Assembly (NCBI GenBank): GCA_937889855.1
Contig: CALBYK010000248.1
Location: forward strand, 16,893-80,892
Source of the DNA: an uncultured Prevotella sp.
Lineage (GTDB): Bacteria > Bacteroidota > Bacteroidia > Bacteroidales > Bacteroidaceae
Direction of reading: 5' to 3'
DNA length: 64,000 bases
The notes beneath the pieces were generated by a model. The model saw only the letters and a program-made list of their open reading frames with translations. It made no database searches and had not been told where the DNA came from. The position numbers were made by a program, and so were the translations under genes. Below are positions 28,078 to 38,315 of this stretch, piece by piece (the stretch's first letter is position 1; every line of letters begins with the position of its first letter).

Positions 28078-30637
28078 GCGTGCCCTTGCTGTCTACCCCC
28101 TCCACCGTCACCCTGTATCTCTTCGCCCCGTTGGCAAGGAAGCGCACGGAGGCCTTGCCGTCCTTTATCAGTAGTGTTGGGTTCCAGTATACAGTCTGCC
28201 GCAAGGCGTAGTCCTCAGGAGCCTCATACTTGGGGTTGTAGAAGGCCACTGGGCGTTGGTAGCCAATGGGACGTACAAGCGCCACATTGCGATCGGCATT
28301 TTCCGTCTTGCTCTTTGTCGTGATTATAATTGCGCTTAAGTCCATACCCATGGCCCCCACCTTTCCAGACACAACGGGTAATGTACCAACCATTGGACCT
28401 TTAAGAATGTCCACTTGCAGCACATTATTGGTGCGGATTGACTGTAATGCGCTGTTTTGTGCTTGGTATAGCGACAGTGTGTCTGTGGCAGATCTCCCCG
28501 TATTCCATACAGTGCCGTCAATTACCAGAAATGATGGTTTGTTGTGATAAAAGAACCATTCCTTTGCATTATTATAGAACAATCCTGTTGTGTTCCATTT
28601 CAACACATCCAACAGCGATTTGTTCCCTTCTTTCATCAGGGCGTCCTCGTTTATTGACTTCCCGTAGATTTTCGCCATCGACTCATATTCGGTTTTTGGA
28701 ATGTGCTTGGCCGACACTTCAACCTCTGGCAGAAACATTATTCGTCCTCCATGCCCATGGGCAAAGCGGTCGGCATCAGTCTTTGCTACCTTAGTGTTGC
28801 CGTGTTCTGTATAAACAGTCATTGGCATGTCGGCCGGTATCTTGGGAAATACGGTATGGTTGATTTGCAGAACATTGTTCGTGCTTCCTTTCGCGCTATG
28901 TGCTATGAGCATATATCCCGTACTGTCGGGCAACTCAAAGCCGTCGAAACGAAACATCCCGTTTTTGTCGGTTGTTGTGCTCTCGGCCAATCCTCCATTG
29001 GTTGACGACATCGTTACGCTCGCTCCCTTTCTTCCGACAGGCGTTACGTTAGACGTTACTTTACCACTTATACTCATGCTTGTTTCTGGATGTGACGCTA
29101 CAGGGCTTGCTACACCCTTCAATACTTTTTGCATGTCATACCGTCGCCATCCTTGAGTCAGCATGAGCATGTCAAGATAACCATTGCGGCCACGCTCTGC
29201 AAAATACCATGCAGGTTGCTCTATATATCCTTTTATCTCCTGTGACAGAAGCAGAGTCGATACAATGTCTTGTGCGGTGTCTGCGCATGCGTCTTCTGTA
29301 GCTGTAATGCTGACGGCACAGCTTGCGTTGACACTGTCTGAAAGCGTGAGTTGCATATGGCGTGTGTTCTCAGTTTCGGGAAGGGCTGCCAGTGTATTGG
29401 ATGCATTATTAAACTCATTACCTTTCCATACAAATACAATACGCTCGCTTATAATGTTCATCTTGTTGTCGGTGAGCAGGATGTTGGCTATTCCATCACG
29501 GAACATCTTGCGGTCAAACTTTACAAATTCACTCTTCATTGGCTGTATGTACAATGGGGCACCACCTTGGTGTACTACAATCCACAAGTCGTTCGTTAAT
29601 GTTTGGATGTCTGGCATAACGACATTTGCTATAATGTTGCCATTGTTTTGGGTTATGCTTAATGACGGGACTTGAGTATTTGCTTTGGGTAAGTTTTCAA
29701 CTATAGTTTGTCCGTCTGTGGTTGTGCATGTTATCTTGTATGAGCGTCCTGTTTGTGCGGTTATATAAAACATGCCCATGCCGAGATGCAAAGTCTTCGT
29801 TTCTGCCACGATGTTGCCAATATCATCGGTCACAGTTGCAGTTACGTCTACTCCCTTGCCGTATCTGTCCACAACCTTATATGCTACACGGCACAGTTTA
29901 TTCATGACGATGTGTCCGCCTTCTGGCATGAGTTGCACGTCAATACGCTCGCGTTTCACAGGGACAAATTCTTCGTAGTTGCCAACTTTCACAAGTAAGC
30001 AGCGCTGTTTGCCGCCTATATCCAATGAATGTATTTTGATACCTTCGTGTGTATTGCCCGTGAAAGCTACCTCACCTTTGTTTGAGGTCACTGTCAAGCT
30101 GCTGAGGCTTAAGTTTTTCCCCGTCTTAGGGTCGGTAAATGTCAACATTAAGTCTCCATTGTGAGATGTCGGAGTTATCTTCACCGAATTCTCCAGGACA
30201 TTACGAATCCTGAGTGTTTTCATGAATATGTAGTCTGGTGTCGTGTCTGCAATATACTGTGTATAGGAGCGTATAGTGTATTCTCCCGACGGCATATCTG
30301 GTTGTGTAGGCATATATCCGTGTATTGCCCCGTTCTCATCTTGCCGCATCATGATGCGGCGAACAAGCTCCCCGTTTGGGTTCAATAATTCCACATATAC
30401 GTATCTGCTTGTGAGCGTGGGGACAAGTGTCAAGGCATCCACAACATGGTGGCGCATCCATATCGTGTCGCCAGCGATATAGTCGCCACGGTCAGTTTGG
30501 GTGTATAGTTTCTCTTGAGGAGCCCCAGTTGTTTGTCGCCACATGTAAGCTGCAATAGTGTCAGGAGACACAGTTTGGCAAAATGTCGGAATGGTCCAGA
30601 TGACCAGCGAAATGATTATGAGAATGTCCCGCTTCAT
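28049..30637 (-). CDS. Exported macroglobulin(MG)-like / carboxypeptidase-regulatory-like / TonB-plug-like domain protein
   Basis: PQEKLYTQTDRGDYIAGDTIW, PEGGH, LDMLMLTQGWRRY and RQTVYWNP motifs of a common Bacteroidetes family. Confidence 0.78.
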   Translation of the reverse strand: MKRDILIIISLVIWTIPTFCQTVSPDTIAAYMWRQTTGAPQEKLYTQTDRGDYIAGDTIWMRHHVVDALTLVPTLTSRYVYVELLNPNGELVRRIMMRQDENGAIHGYMPTQPDMPSGEYTIRSYTQYIADTTPDYIFMKTLRIRNVLENSVKITPTSHNGDLMLTFTDPKTGKNLSLSSLTVTSNKGEVAFTGNTHEGIKIHSLDIGGKQRCLLVKVGNYEEFVPVKRERIDVQLMPEGGHIVMNKLCRVAYKVVDRYGKGVDVTATVTDDIGNIVAETKTLHLGMGMFYITAQTGRSYKITCTTTDGQTIVENLPKANTQVPSLSITQNNGNIIANVVMPDIQTLTNDLWIVVHQGGAPLYIQPMKSEFVKFDRKMFRDGIANILLTDNKMNIISERIVFVWKGNEFNNASNTLAALPETENTRHMQLTLSDSVNASCAVSITATEDACADTAQDIVSTLLLSQEIKGYIEQPAWYFAERGRNGYLDMLMLTQGWRRYDMQKVLKGVASPVASHPETSMSISGKVTSNVTPVGRKGASVTMSSTNGGLAESTTTDKNGMFRFDGFELPDSTGYMLIAHSAKGSTNNVLQINHTVFPKIPADMPMTVYTEHGNTKVAKTDADRFAHGHGGRIMFLPEVEVSAKHIPKTEYESMAKIYGKSINEDALMKEGNKSLLDVLKWNTTGLFYNNAKEWFFYHNKPSFLVIDGTVWNTGRSATDTLSLYQAQNSALQSIRTNNVLQVDILKGPMVGTLPVVSGKVGAMGMDLSAIIITTKSKTENADRNVALVRPIGYQRPVAFYNPKYEAPEDYALRQTVYWNPTLLIKDGKASVRFLANGAKRYRVTVEGVDSKGTLIHLQKEIE

Positions 30638-30667
30638 ATTTGTATCAATTAAGAATTCGTGAATTAA

Positions 30668-31417
30668 TTAAAAATCCCCCATGTCGTCAAGATACCAGCT
30701 TCCTTTGCCATTGCTATGTATAGTAAAGCTGCCGGTATTGCTTTCTAGATCAACCGTTCCCGTAGCGCATAATTTTATTATTGTTCGCGCAAATACTCCA
30801 CTATTCAAATCTGGAGTTTTAATCCATTCTTCATTCTCAAAATCATACATTAATAGCGTCTTGTTATAAAATCTAACCTCATAATCTCCACGTATTGCTT
30901 CAGCTATGATTTTCTTGCCAGAAATGCTACAATCAAATTTGTAATTTGTGACAGTATATCTTCCACCACTATAATTTCTGGATGTCCCTTCCCCACCGAG
31001 TCCTGCTTGAAGACTATGTTTGTCAGATATTTCCCCGTTGGAATCAACGTCATAGTATATTCCAACAGTGATGCCATCAAGTTCATACTTTACAACCTGG
31101 CTGAAGTATTTTGTCCCTACAGCTGCAATCCGTGCCGTGCAAGACGACACCAGGCGGTCCATTTCTATAGGCTCTTTTAGATTTGCAATAAACTTATAAT
31201 ATTCTTCAAGGCTTTCTGTCGCTTCTTTCGTAAGGCGTTGCTTGTAATTTGTCGAAAATCTTACATCAGCCTCAACATTGTACTTTTTCTGTAAATAGTT
31301 AATGACCTTTTGATTGTATTCAACATAATCTATGTCTGACTTTTCTTTATCAGCAGTGTCGCAACCTACAAATAATAAAGCTAAGACAAAATAAGTAAAT
31401 AATGTTAGTTTGCTCAT
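30668..31417 (-). CDS. Hypothetical lipoprotein
   Basis: Lipobox FVGC followed by acidic DTADKEKSDID; AT-rich; TATCTTTG on minus at 31480-31487. Confidence 0.75.
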   Translation of the reverse strand: MSKLTLFTYFVLALLFVGCDTADKEKSDIDYVEYNQKVINYLQKKYNVEADVRFSTNYKQRLTKEATESLEEYYKFIANLKEPIEMDRLVSSCTARIAAVGTKYFSQVVKYELDGITVGIYYDVDSNGEISDKHSLQAGLGGEGTSRNYSGGRYTVTNYKFDCSISGKKIIAEAIRGDYEVRFYNKTLLMYDFENEEWIKTPDLNSGVFARTIIKLCATGTVDLESNTGSFTIHSNGKGSWYLDDMGDF

Positions 31418-31605
31418 AGTTGTAATTGTTTAGGTTATAGGATTATTACAAAAAAAACATCATCGGTGCGTTAATCTTACAAAGATATACTAAAAATATA
31501 ACTGATATTCTTTCTTGTGCTTAAATAAAGTTAAACGTATGAGATTGTCACTTACCACGGCAACAAGATGTCAACTAACAGCGTTAAGCTACAAAAGAAC
31601 AATTA

Positions 31606-31693
31606 TACCAACGCTTGGTAGCTACGTTACTAAAGTTTGGTAGCAACACTACAAAGCATAGGTAACACAGTTACCAAGTATTGGTAATAAATG
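31606..31693. repeat. 4 x 22-bp tandem array (family A)
   Basis: TACCAACGCTTGGTAGCTACGT / TACTAAAGTTTGGTAGCAACAC / TACAAAGCATAGGTAACACAGT / TACCAAGTATTGGTAATAAATG. Confidence 0.85.
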
Positions 31694-31694
31694 T

Positions 31695-31740
31695 CCTCAA
31701 GTTTCAGACTTGGGCAACGGCCTAAATCCGAAACTTGAGG
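31695..31740 (-). terminator. Hairpin after the envC-like gene
   Basis: CCTCAAGTTTC..GAAACTTGAGG. Confidence 0.55.
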
Positions 31741-31772
31741 AATAAATCAATTCAGCAATCATGCCTGTTCTT

Positions 31773-33500
31773 CTACCGTCCGATCCATGCCTCCGGGTTG
31801 AGGCGGCTCTGCATCTTGCGTAGCTGGAACTGAAGAATGTTGTCGGACGCGACAGCCCCGAGAGCCTGTCGTGCGCTTACTTTCTGTCCGCGGTGCACGC
31901 CAACTGAGCGCAGGTTGCAATATACGGAGATGTAGGCACCGTGGCGCACCATAACCACGAATGAGCCGCCGTATCCGAACACGGCACTCACCTCGCCGTC
32001 GTATATGGCGCGTGCTTGGCAGCCCGGCTGTCCCATGATATTGATGCCCTTGTTGTCGATTGTCACTCCGGAGAGTCCTGCCACCGAGTTCTGCCCGTAG
32101 TGGCTCACCACCCGGTAGCTGCCCGTTATAGGCATAGGCAGGCGTCCCTTGTTTGCCTCGAAGCCTCCCGACATCATGCGGTCGACCGACGACATGGTGC
32201 GGCTTTCCTCCACATTCTTCTTGGCCTCTGCAATCTCCTTGGTAGAGCGTTGCTCGTCGGCCTTCGCCTTGCGCTCCATCGCCTCGCGCTGTGCCTCAGC
32301 CTCGCGTGCCTTCTGCTCTGCGGCTGCCTTCTGCTCGGCAGCCGCGGCAGCAGCTGCTTCCGCTTTTGCCTGTGCCTTCTTCTTTGCCTCCGCCTCGCGT
32401 TGACGCTGAGCCTCGGCACGGGCGGCAGCCTCGCGCTCCTGAGCTGCCTTGGCGGCAGCCTTGGCGCGTGCCTCAGCCTCGCGTGCCTCTCGCAGGCGGC
32501 GCTCGTTCTCAAGACGTGCCTTCTCTGCGGCAGCCTTGCGGCGTGCCAGTTCTTCCTCGCGCCGCTTCTTGGCGGCAGCCTCGGCAGCGGCACGCCGCTT
32601 GGCCTCCTCGGCTGCGCGTACGCGTGCCTTCTCCACCTCAATGGCTATGAGACGGTCAATCTGTGAATTTATGGCGGCTGCGTCCTTGCGCTGCTTGTCG
32701 ATGACCTTCTGTATGGTCTTTTGCTGCTTCTGCAGAGACGTCACGACAGTCTGCTGCTCCTGCTGCTTGCCTTCAAGGGCGCGTTGCTCCTGTTTGCCCT
32801 TATAGAGCATGTTGTTCTTTTGTCCCTTCACTTGCTGCAGTTGCTGGTGCTTCTCGTTCACCTGCGTCTGTTTGGACTTCACCATCTCGCCCTGCGCCTT
32901 CTGCCACGAGGCATACTCGCGCACGAAGCGCAGTCGTCGGTACATCTGTGCGAAGTTCTTGGCAGAGAAGATGAACATCAGCTTGTCCTGCACCGAGTGC
33001 TGGCGCGTCATGTAGCGCATCGACTTTACATACTTCGCCTTCCGTTCCTTGAGCTGCTGCTGCAGGGTGGACAACTGAGCGTTGAGTATGCCTATGTTTC
33101 CGTCGATGTGGTGTATGTCCTGCTGTATGCCGTCGATGTTCTTTTGGTGTTTGTCAATCTCGCTGTTGATGACGAGAAGGTCGCTCAGGCGTTTCTTCAC
33201 GTCGGCTTGGTTGGCACGCAGGGCGGCCTCCTGCTTTTTTATCTCTTTCTGTATGCCTTTGCGCTTCGACTGTAGCCCGCGTATCTCGTCGGTGGTATAG
33301 TCGGGCTTTGCGCTCTTCTTTGTCCTGCCTTTCTTTGCCGCCTTCTTGCCCGTGTTCTTTGTGGCAGCCGCTTTCTGTTTTGCGGCTGCCTTTCTTGTCG
33401 TGGCGGTCTTCCGGTGTTGCTGGCTCTCGGAGGCCAAGGCAGATGCCGCTGGCTGGGCGAGCAAGGCTGCGGCGAGAGCGCAGATAATATATTGTTTCAT
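31773..33500 (-). CDS. envC: EnvC-family murein hydrolase activator (coiled coil plus degenerate M23)
   Basis: Long coiled coil; KGRLPMPI; VRHGAYISVY; Zn-ligand motifs absent (NKGINI, LQFQ). Confidence 0.85.
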   Translation of the reverse strand: MKQYIICALAAALLAQPAASALASESQQHRKTATTRKAAAKQKAAATKNTGKKAAKKGRTKKSAKPDYTTDEIRGLQSKRKGIQKEIKKQEAALRANQADVKKRLSDLLVINSEIDKHQKNIDGIQQDIHHIDGNIGILNAQLSTLQQQLKERKAKYVKSMRYMTRQHSVQDKLMFIFSAKNFAQMYRRLRFVREYASWQKAQGEMVKSKQTQVNEKHQQLQQVKGQKNNMLYKGKQEQRALEGKQQEQQTVVTSLQKQQKTIQKVIDKQRKDAAAINSQIDRLIAIEVEKARVRAAEEAKRRAAAEAAAKKRREEELARRKAAAEKARLENERRLREAREAEARAKAAAKAAQEREAAARAEAQRQREAEAKKKAQAKAEAAAAAAAEQKAAAEQKAREAEAQREAMERKAKADEQRSTKEIAEAKKNVEESRTMSSVDRMMSGGFEANKGRLPMPITGSYRVVSHYGQNSVAGLSGVTIDNKGINIMGQPGCQARAIYDGEVSAVFGYGGSFVVMVRHGAYISVYCNLRSVGVHRGQKVSARQALGAVASDNILQFQLRKMQSRLNPEAWIGR

Positions 33501-33503
33501 TGC

Positions 33504-34409
33504 TTATTGTATGGAGAGTAGCTTCTTAAGAATGTCCTGTGCTTCAATTCTCTTGTATTTAGGCGAGAGCTCCGTCTTCACGTCCCAGTCGGACGATGTC
33601 TTGGGCGACGACATGCGGACTGACAACTGGGCGGTCTGTTGTTTGCCGGTGACACCTGTCTTGACAGTAAACTGCTGTGTCAGCGGGAACGCCTTGCCCC
33701 CCACTTGCTTGAAGTTGTCGTATGTCCAGTGGAGTGACGACTCGCCATCGCGTGCGCTTTTGTACACAATGTCGGCGGTTTGTATCTCAGCCGTACTCTT
33801 GTTGATGTCCCATGAGTAGGCTATCTTGCCGCTCTTGTAGCTCACTGGCACCGATGTCGCCATGGCAGCCAGGTCGCATGCAAGCTTCTTGAGTTGCTGC
33901 TCGCCAAGGTTATGCTCGCCGGGAAGGAACAGCTCGTTCCAGAATAGTGACTGCAGCGAGTAGAACGAGATGCCGTTGTCAGCGAGGAAACTCACGTCCT
34001 TGTATTCGGCCTTGATATACTCCTTGTGGTAGCGGTCGACAAGCAGCACGTAGTCAGGGGTGAAGTCGACGCGTGCTATCTCCGTGCGGATGATGGGCAG
34101 GAGCAGTTGTAGGCGTATAATCTCGTTGCGTCGCATGGCAATCTTGCCGTCGCAGCTCAGGTCCTTGTTGCCCGCCTGCAAGCGGAAGTCGGCTGACGCC
34201 ACGATGTTCTTGGCGGTAAGCTGGTTGTCGGCAACGCGGTTGAGGAAGGCCATCTGTTCAGTGGCTTTCTTTGCGGTGACGGTTGTTGTCTTGGTTGTTG
34301 TGGAGCCGTTCTTTGTTGTGGTCTCCACAGTTGTTTGGCTCACGGTCTTGTTGCTGGCGCACGACGCGAGCAGGAGTAGGGCAGTGAGCAGTGTGAATAT
34401 ATTCTTCAT
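33504..34409 (-). CDS. DUF4292 lipoprotein
   Basis: LASC lipobox; FTPDYVLLVDR..FYSLQSLFWN; conserved dut-TPR-DUF4292-envC order. Confidence 0.82.
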   Translation of the reverse strand: MKNIFTLLTALLLLASCASNKTVSQTTVETTTKNGSTTTKTTTVTAKKATEQMAFLNRVADNQLTAKNIVASADFRLQAGNKDLSCDGKIAMRRNEIIRLQLLLPIIRTEIARVDFTPDYVLLVDRYHKEYIKAEYKDVSFLADNGISFYSLQSLFWNELFLPGEHNLGEQQLKKLACDLAAMATSVPVSYKSGKIAYSWDINKSTAEIQTADIVYKSARDGESSLHWTYDNFKQVGGKAFPLTQQFTVKTGVTGKQQTAQLSVRMSSPKTSSDWDVKTELSPKYKRIEAQDILKKLLSIQ

Positions 34410-36196
34410 TATTGTAAGCTTTTTTTGATTTTTCTTTCAAGTGCCTCCTTGTTGCCTCCGGCGTCGATGGCCTTCTGCCACAGTTCGGCAGCGTGCTTGT
34501 GGTCGCCACAGGCGTTGTATATGTCGCCGGCGTGCTCAATCACCACAGCCGACGGCCCCTCAGTGGAGTCGGTGTCGTTCTCCAGGGCACGGTCAATGTA
34601 AGCCTTTGCCTCTTCGTGGCGTTTCTCAAGAAAGAGAATCCACGCGTAAGTGTCAAGATAGGTGGCGTTGGTAGGCTCCGCCTTGATGGTGCGTGCGCTC
34701 ATTGTCTCCGCCTTCTTAAGATTGATTCTCTTCTCGGATAGATAGTAGGCGTAGTTGTTGAGGGCCATGAGGTTGTTGTCCTTCCACTGCAGGCACGAGT
34801 CGTAGGCGGCAAACGCTTCCTCCGGCCGGTTCTTCTTGTATAAGATGTCGCCCATCATGGCGTAGAAATCGCTCACGATGTCGGGGTCGCTCTTCTCGTT
34901 AATCTCGCTCACGCCCCGTTTGAGCGCGTCGAGCGCGTCGTCCTCGCGGTCGGTCTGGAAATAGGCTATGCCGAGGAAGTAGTAGAAAGCCATTTCCTCA
35001 GGCGAGTATTGCGTTCCTTCCCGGCTCAGCTTTATCACCTTGTCCCATTTCTTTGCCGGCCACAGGTTCTGTATGAGATTGACACGTGCCGTGACGTTCT
35101 CAGGCTCTATGGCTATGACATGTTCGAATGTGGCATTGACCGAGTCCTCGGGCATGTTCTTCAGCTTCATGTACATGGCCTTGAGGTTGATGATGTCCAC
35201 CGACTTGGGCGATGCCTTTATGGTGTTGTCGAACAGCCGCAGCACGGGCAGTGAGTCGCCGCCCGCCTTCTCACTCTCGCGTATGGCGTTTTGCAGTAGG
35301 CTTGCTTTTGTCTTGTCAGCCGTCTTGGGACTGAACAGAATCTTGTCGCGCAGCATGTCGGCGGCGTCGGTCTTGCCTTCGGCCCGGTAGTAGTCGCTTA
35401 GCGAGCTGAGCGCGTACTCGTTGTCAGCGTCGAGTTTCAGCGCGGCCTCATATTGCGTTAGCGCCTCCTTTTTGTCGTCATTGTTGCGCAGCCAGTTGCC
35501 GAGCATCACCTTGTAGTTGGGCTCGTATGGATGGCGGTCGCACACATGCTTGAGCATGCGTAAGGCGTTCTTCTTGTCGTGCCTCATCTCGTAGATGTTC
35601 ATCTTGAGGAATGTGAGCTCGTCGCTTTCACCGTCCTCCTGCTCCATACGGTCGGCTGTGTGCAGCATGTTGGCGTAGTCGTTCTGTGTGCCGTACAGCC
35701 TGACAAGCAGCTCAAGCACATCCGTGCGTTCGTGGTGGTGGGCGTACAGACTCTCGTATGCCTTTATGGCACTCTTGTAGTCGCGCTTCTGTATGTAGCT
35801 TGCCGCCACCTTCTCCTGGTAGGTGTCGTTGCCCGGTTGCAGCTGGGCTGCACGCTCGAGGGATTGTGCCGAGAGCGAGTCGTTGTCAATGTCCTCATAG
35901 AAGAGCGCCTGGCGGTAGTACACCTCGGCTGCATCTGGGTTTATTGCAAGACATGAGTCGTATCTTGCCATAGCCATGGAGTCGTTGCCGGCAAGCTGGT
36001 CGTTGACAGCCGCGAGGAACAGCCTGTCGAAGAGGGGTGTGGCTGCGAGCAGCGAGTCGGTGCTGACGGCGGAAGTGTCGTTGACGATGGCTGTGCGGCG
36101 TGCCGGCGCCGAGCCTGCCACGGTTGCCAGCGAAGGGGCGACGGCAAGGACGGCTGCCGCGCCGAGGGCTATGATTGGGTTCTTGTATCTCTTCAT
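34409..36196 (-). CDS. Exported TPR protein
   Basis: Many TPRs; LNNYAYYLS..YLDTYAWILF. Confidence 0.9.
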   Translation of the reverse strand: MKRYKNPIIALGAAAVLAVAPSLATVAGSAPARRTAIVNDTSAVSTDSLLAATPLFDRLFLAAVNDQLAGNDSMAMARYDSCLAINPDAAEVYYRQALFYEDIDNDSLSAQSLERAAQLQPGNDTYQEKVAASYIQKRDYKSAIKAYESLYAHHHERTDVLELLVRLYGTQNDYANMLHTADRMEQEDGESDELTFLKMNIYEMRHDKKNALRMLKHVCDRHPYEPNYKVMLGNWLRNNDDKKEALTQYEAALKLDADNEYALSSLSDYYRAEGKTDAADMLRDKILFSPKTADKTKASLLQNAIRESEKAGGDSLPVLRLFDNTIKASPKSVDIINLKAMYMKLKNMPEDSVNATFEHVIAIEPENVTARVNLIQNLWPAKKWDKVIKLSREGTQYSPEEMAFYYFLGIAYFQTDREDDALDALKRGVSEINEKSDPDIVSDFYAMMGDILYKKNRPEEAFAAYDSCLQWKDNNLMALNNYAYYLSEKRINLKKAETMSARTIKAEPTNATYLDTYAWILFLEKRHEEAKAYIDRALENDTDSTEGPSAVVIEHAGDIYNACGDHKHAAELWQKAIDAGGNKEALERKIKKSLQ

Positions 36197-36214
36197 TGTT
36201 GTGGTGTGTTGTGC

Positions 36215-36652
36215 TTATTTCACTCCGGTGTGGCCGTAGCCTCCCGCGCCGCGCTCTGTCTCATCGAGCTGCTCCACCACCTCAAACTCGCCTTGCTCGT
36301 GCCTTGCGATGACCATCTGCGCGATACGCTCGCCGGCCTCGATGGTGAAGTCCTCTGTAGATAGGTTGATGAGCAGCACTCCTATCTCGCCGCGGTAGTC
36401 GGCGTCGATGGTGCCTGGTGAGTTGAGCACGGTTATGCCGTGCTTGAGGGCGAGACCTGAGCGCGGCCGCACCTGTGCCTCATATCCCTCGGGCAGGGCT
36501 ATATAGAGTCCTGTCGGGATGATGCGCCGTTCCATAGGGCGAAGCACCACGGGTTGTTCGATGTTGGCACGCAGGTCCATGCCCGCGCTCTGCGGTGTGG
36601 CGTAGGCAGGAAGCTGCTGTGAGCCACGGTTCACTATCTTTATTTTTACCAT
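36215..36652 (-). CDS. dut: dUTP diphosphatase
   Basis: [20 protein letters not shown] and [10 protein letters not shown] motifs. Confidence 0.97.
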   Translation of the reverse strand: MVKIKIVNRGSQQLPAYATPQSAGMDLRANIEQPVVLRPMERRIIPTGLYIALPEGYEAQVRPRSGLALKHGITVLNSPGTIDADYRGEIGVLLINLSTEDFTIEAGERIAQMVIARHEQGEFEVVEQLDETERGAGGYGHTGVK

Positions 36653-36860
36653 AGTCGTATTTTTGCTTTTAAACTGCAAAAATACTTATTAATAATGATA
36701 TAATGGATTTTTGTGCATTAAATTTAGTTTTTTTGCTGATACGCAGCCTGAAAAATAGCAATATAGGCTTGTTGGCGGAATTGCTTGGTTGACGATAATT
36801 TTGTACCTTTGTGGCAGTCAACCGAACACAGTAATCGAAATCAGAAATAAGCAATATTAA

Positions 36861-38198
36861 ATGAACTGGCAACAACTCATATCCAACAAGCGTCTGGGGC
36901 AGGAGGACCATCACCCGGAACGCCACGACGACCGCTCCGAGTTCAAGCGCGACTACGACCGCCTAATCTTCTCGGCGCCGTTCCGCCGCATGCAGAACAA
37001 GACGCAGGTGTTCCCGCTGCCTGGCAGTGTCTTCGTCCACAACCGTCTAACCCATTCGCTTGAGGTGGCGAGCGTGGGCATGTCACTCGGCAATGATGTG
37101 GCGCGTGTGCTCAAGGAGCGTCATCCCGAGCTTGCGGGCACGCTGTTTGAGGAAATTGGCACCATAGTGAGCACGGCATGTCTCGCTCATGACATGGGCA
37201 ACCCACCCTTCGGGCATTCGGGCGAGAAAGCTATCCAGGCGTTCTTCCGCGAGGGCAAGGGAATGGTGCTGCGCGATAAGCTGAGGCCTGAGTTCTGGGA
37301 AGACCTTGTCCATTTTGAGGGCAATGCCAACACGTTCCGCCTGCTTGCCCACCGTTTCCATGGCAGGCGTGAGGGCGGTTTTGTGATGACCTATTCAACA
37401 TTGGCGTCCATCGTGAAATACCCCCATTCGAGCCGTTGCGCCGGACATAAGGGCAAGTTCGGCTTTTTCTGTTTTGAGGAGCCATACTATCAGCGCATTG
37501 CCGCTGACCTTGGCTTGCGCCGCTTGTCAGCAGACGGGGAGCCGCTGCGTTGTGCCCGCCATCCGCTGGTGTATCTTGTGGAGGCAGCGGACGACATCTG
37601 CTACGAGATAATGGACATTGAGGATGCCCACAAGTTGCGCATCCTTTCCTTTGACGAGACAGTGGAACTGCTGCTCGGGTTCTTTGACGAGGATGCGCGT
37701 AGGCACATCCACCGCAGGATAGAGGAGGAGCAGATAACCGACGACAACGAGAAGGTGGTGTACATGCGCGCATGTGCCATAGGAAGACTTGAGAGCGAGT
37801 GTGCCCGTGCCTTTGTGGACAACGAGGGGGCTATACTTGGCGGGACCTTTGAGGGTTGCCTCATCGACCATGTAGACCCTTCAGTGCGCGATGCATACAG
37901 GCACTGCTCGGAGGTGAGCTTCCAGCGCATATACAACTCGAAGCCAGTGCTTGACGTGGAGCTTTCGGGCTACAAGATAATGGAGACGCTGATGGGGGCA
38001 CTCATGGAGGCGGCTGTCAATCCCGCCACCTATCATTCCGAGCAGCTCCGCAAGCGTTTCAGCAATCAGTATGACATCAACAGCGACGACTTCGAGACGC
38101 GTGTAATGGCGGTAGTCGACTTTATCTCGGGTATGACGGATGTCTTTGCGCTTGATATCTACCAGAAGATTCAGGGAATCTCGCTGCCAATTGTATAA
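36861..38198 (+). CDS. dgt: dGTP triphosphohydrolase (HD domain)
   Basis: KTQVF, RLTHSLEV, HDMGNPPFGH and SGMTD motifs. Confidence 0.95.
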   Translation: MNWQQLISNKRLGQEDHHPERHDDRSEFKRDYDRLIFSAPFRRMQNKTQVFPLPGSVFVHNRLTHSLEVASVGMSLGNDVARVLKERHPELAGTLFEEIGTIVSTACLAHDMGNPPFGHSGEKAIQAFFREGKGMVLRDKLRPEFWEDLVHFEGNANTFRLLAHRFHGRREGGFVMTYSTLASIVKYPHSSRCAGHKGKFGFFCFEEPYYQRIAADLGLRRLSADGEPLRCARHPLVYLVEAADDICYEIMDIEDAHKLRILSFDETVELLLGFFDEDARRHIHRRIEEEQITDDNEKVVYMRACAIGRLESECARAFVDNEGAILGGTFEGCLIDHVDPSVRDAYRHCSEVSFQRIYNSKPVLDVELSGYKIMETLMGALMEAAVNPATYHSEQLRKRFSNQYDINSDDFETRVMAVVDFISGMTDVFALDIYQKIQGISLPIV

Positions 38199-38249
38199 AC
38201 TTTGGCAGCGAAAGCCGGAGCACATGCGTCACTCCAAATTCCGGATGAA

Positions 38250-38290
38250 AAAGAACGGGACAACGGCATCTTGCCGTTGTCCCGTTCTTT
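38250..38290. terminator. Bidirectional terminator between dgt and ackA
   Basis: 19-bp perfect inverted repeat AAAGAACGGGACAACGGCA. Confidence 0.8.
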
Positions 38291-38315
38291 ATGAGGCGTG
38301 TTATGCCGTTTTTTT

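Noticed and set aside
7970..31770. AT-rich islets as prophage, ICE or IS elements
   Set aside because: No integrase, transposase, tRNA target or flanking direct repeats recognised
32170..32640. Ala/Glu/Lys/Arg-rich quasi-repeats
   Set aside because: Ordinary coiled-coil linker of the EnvC-like protein
36215..38198. dut plus dGTPase as an anti-phage nucleotide-depletion system
   Set aside because: Backbone GC content and housekeeping neighbourhood; no defence-island context
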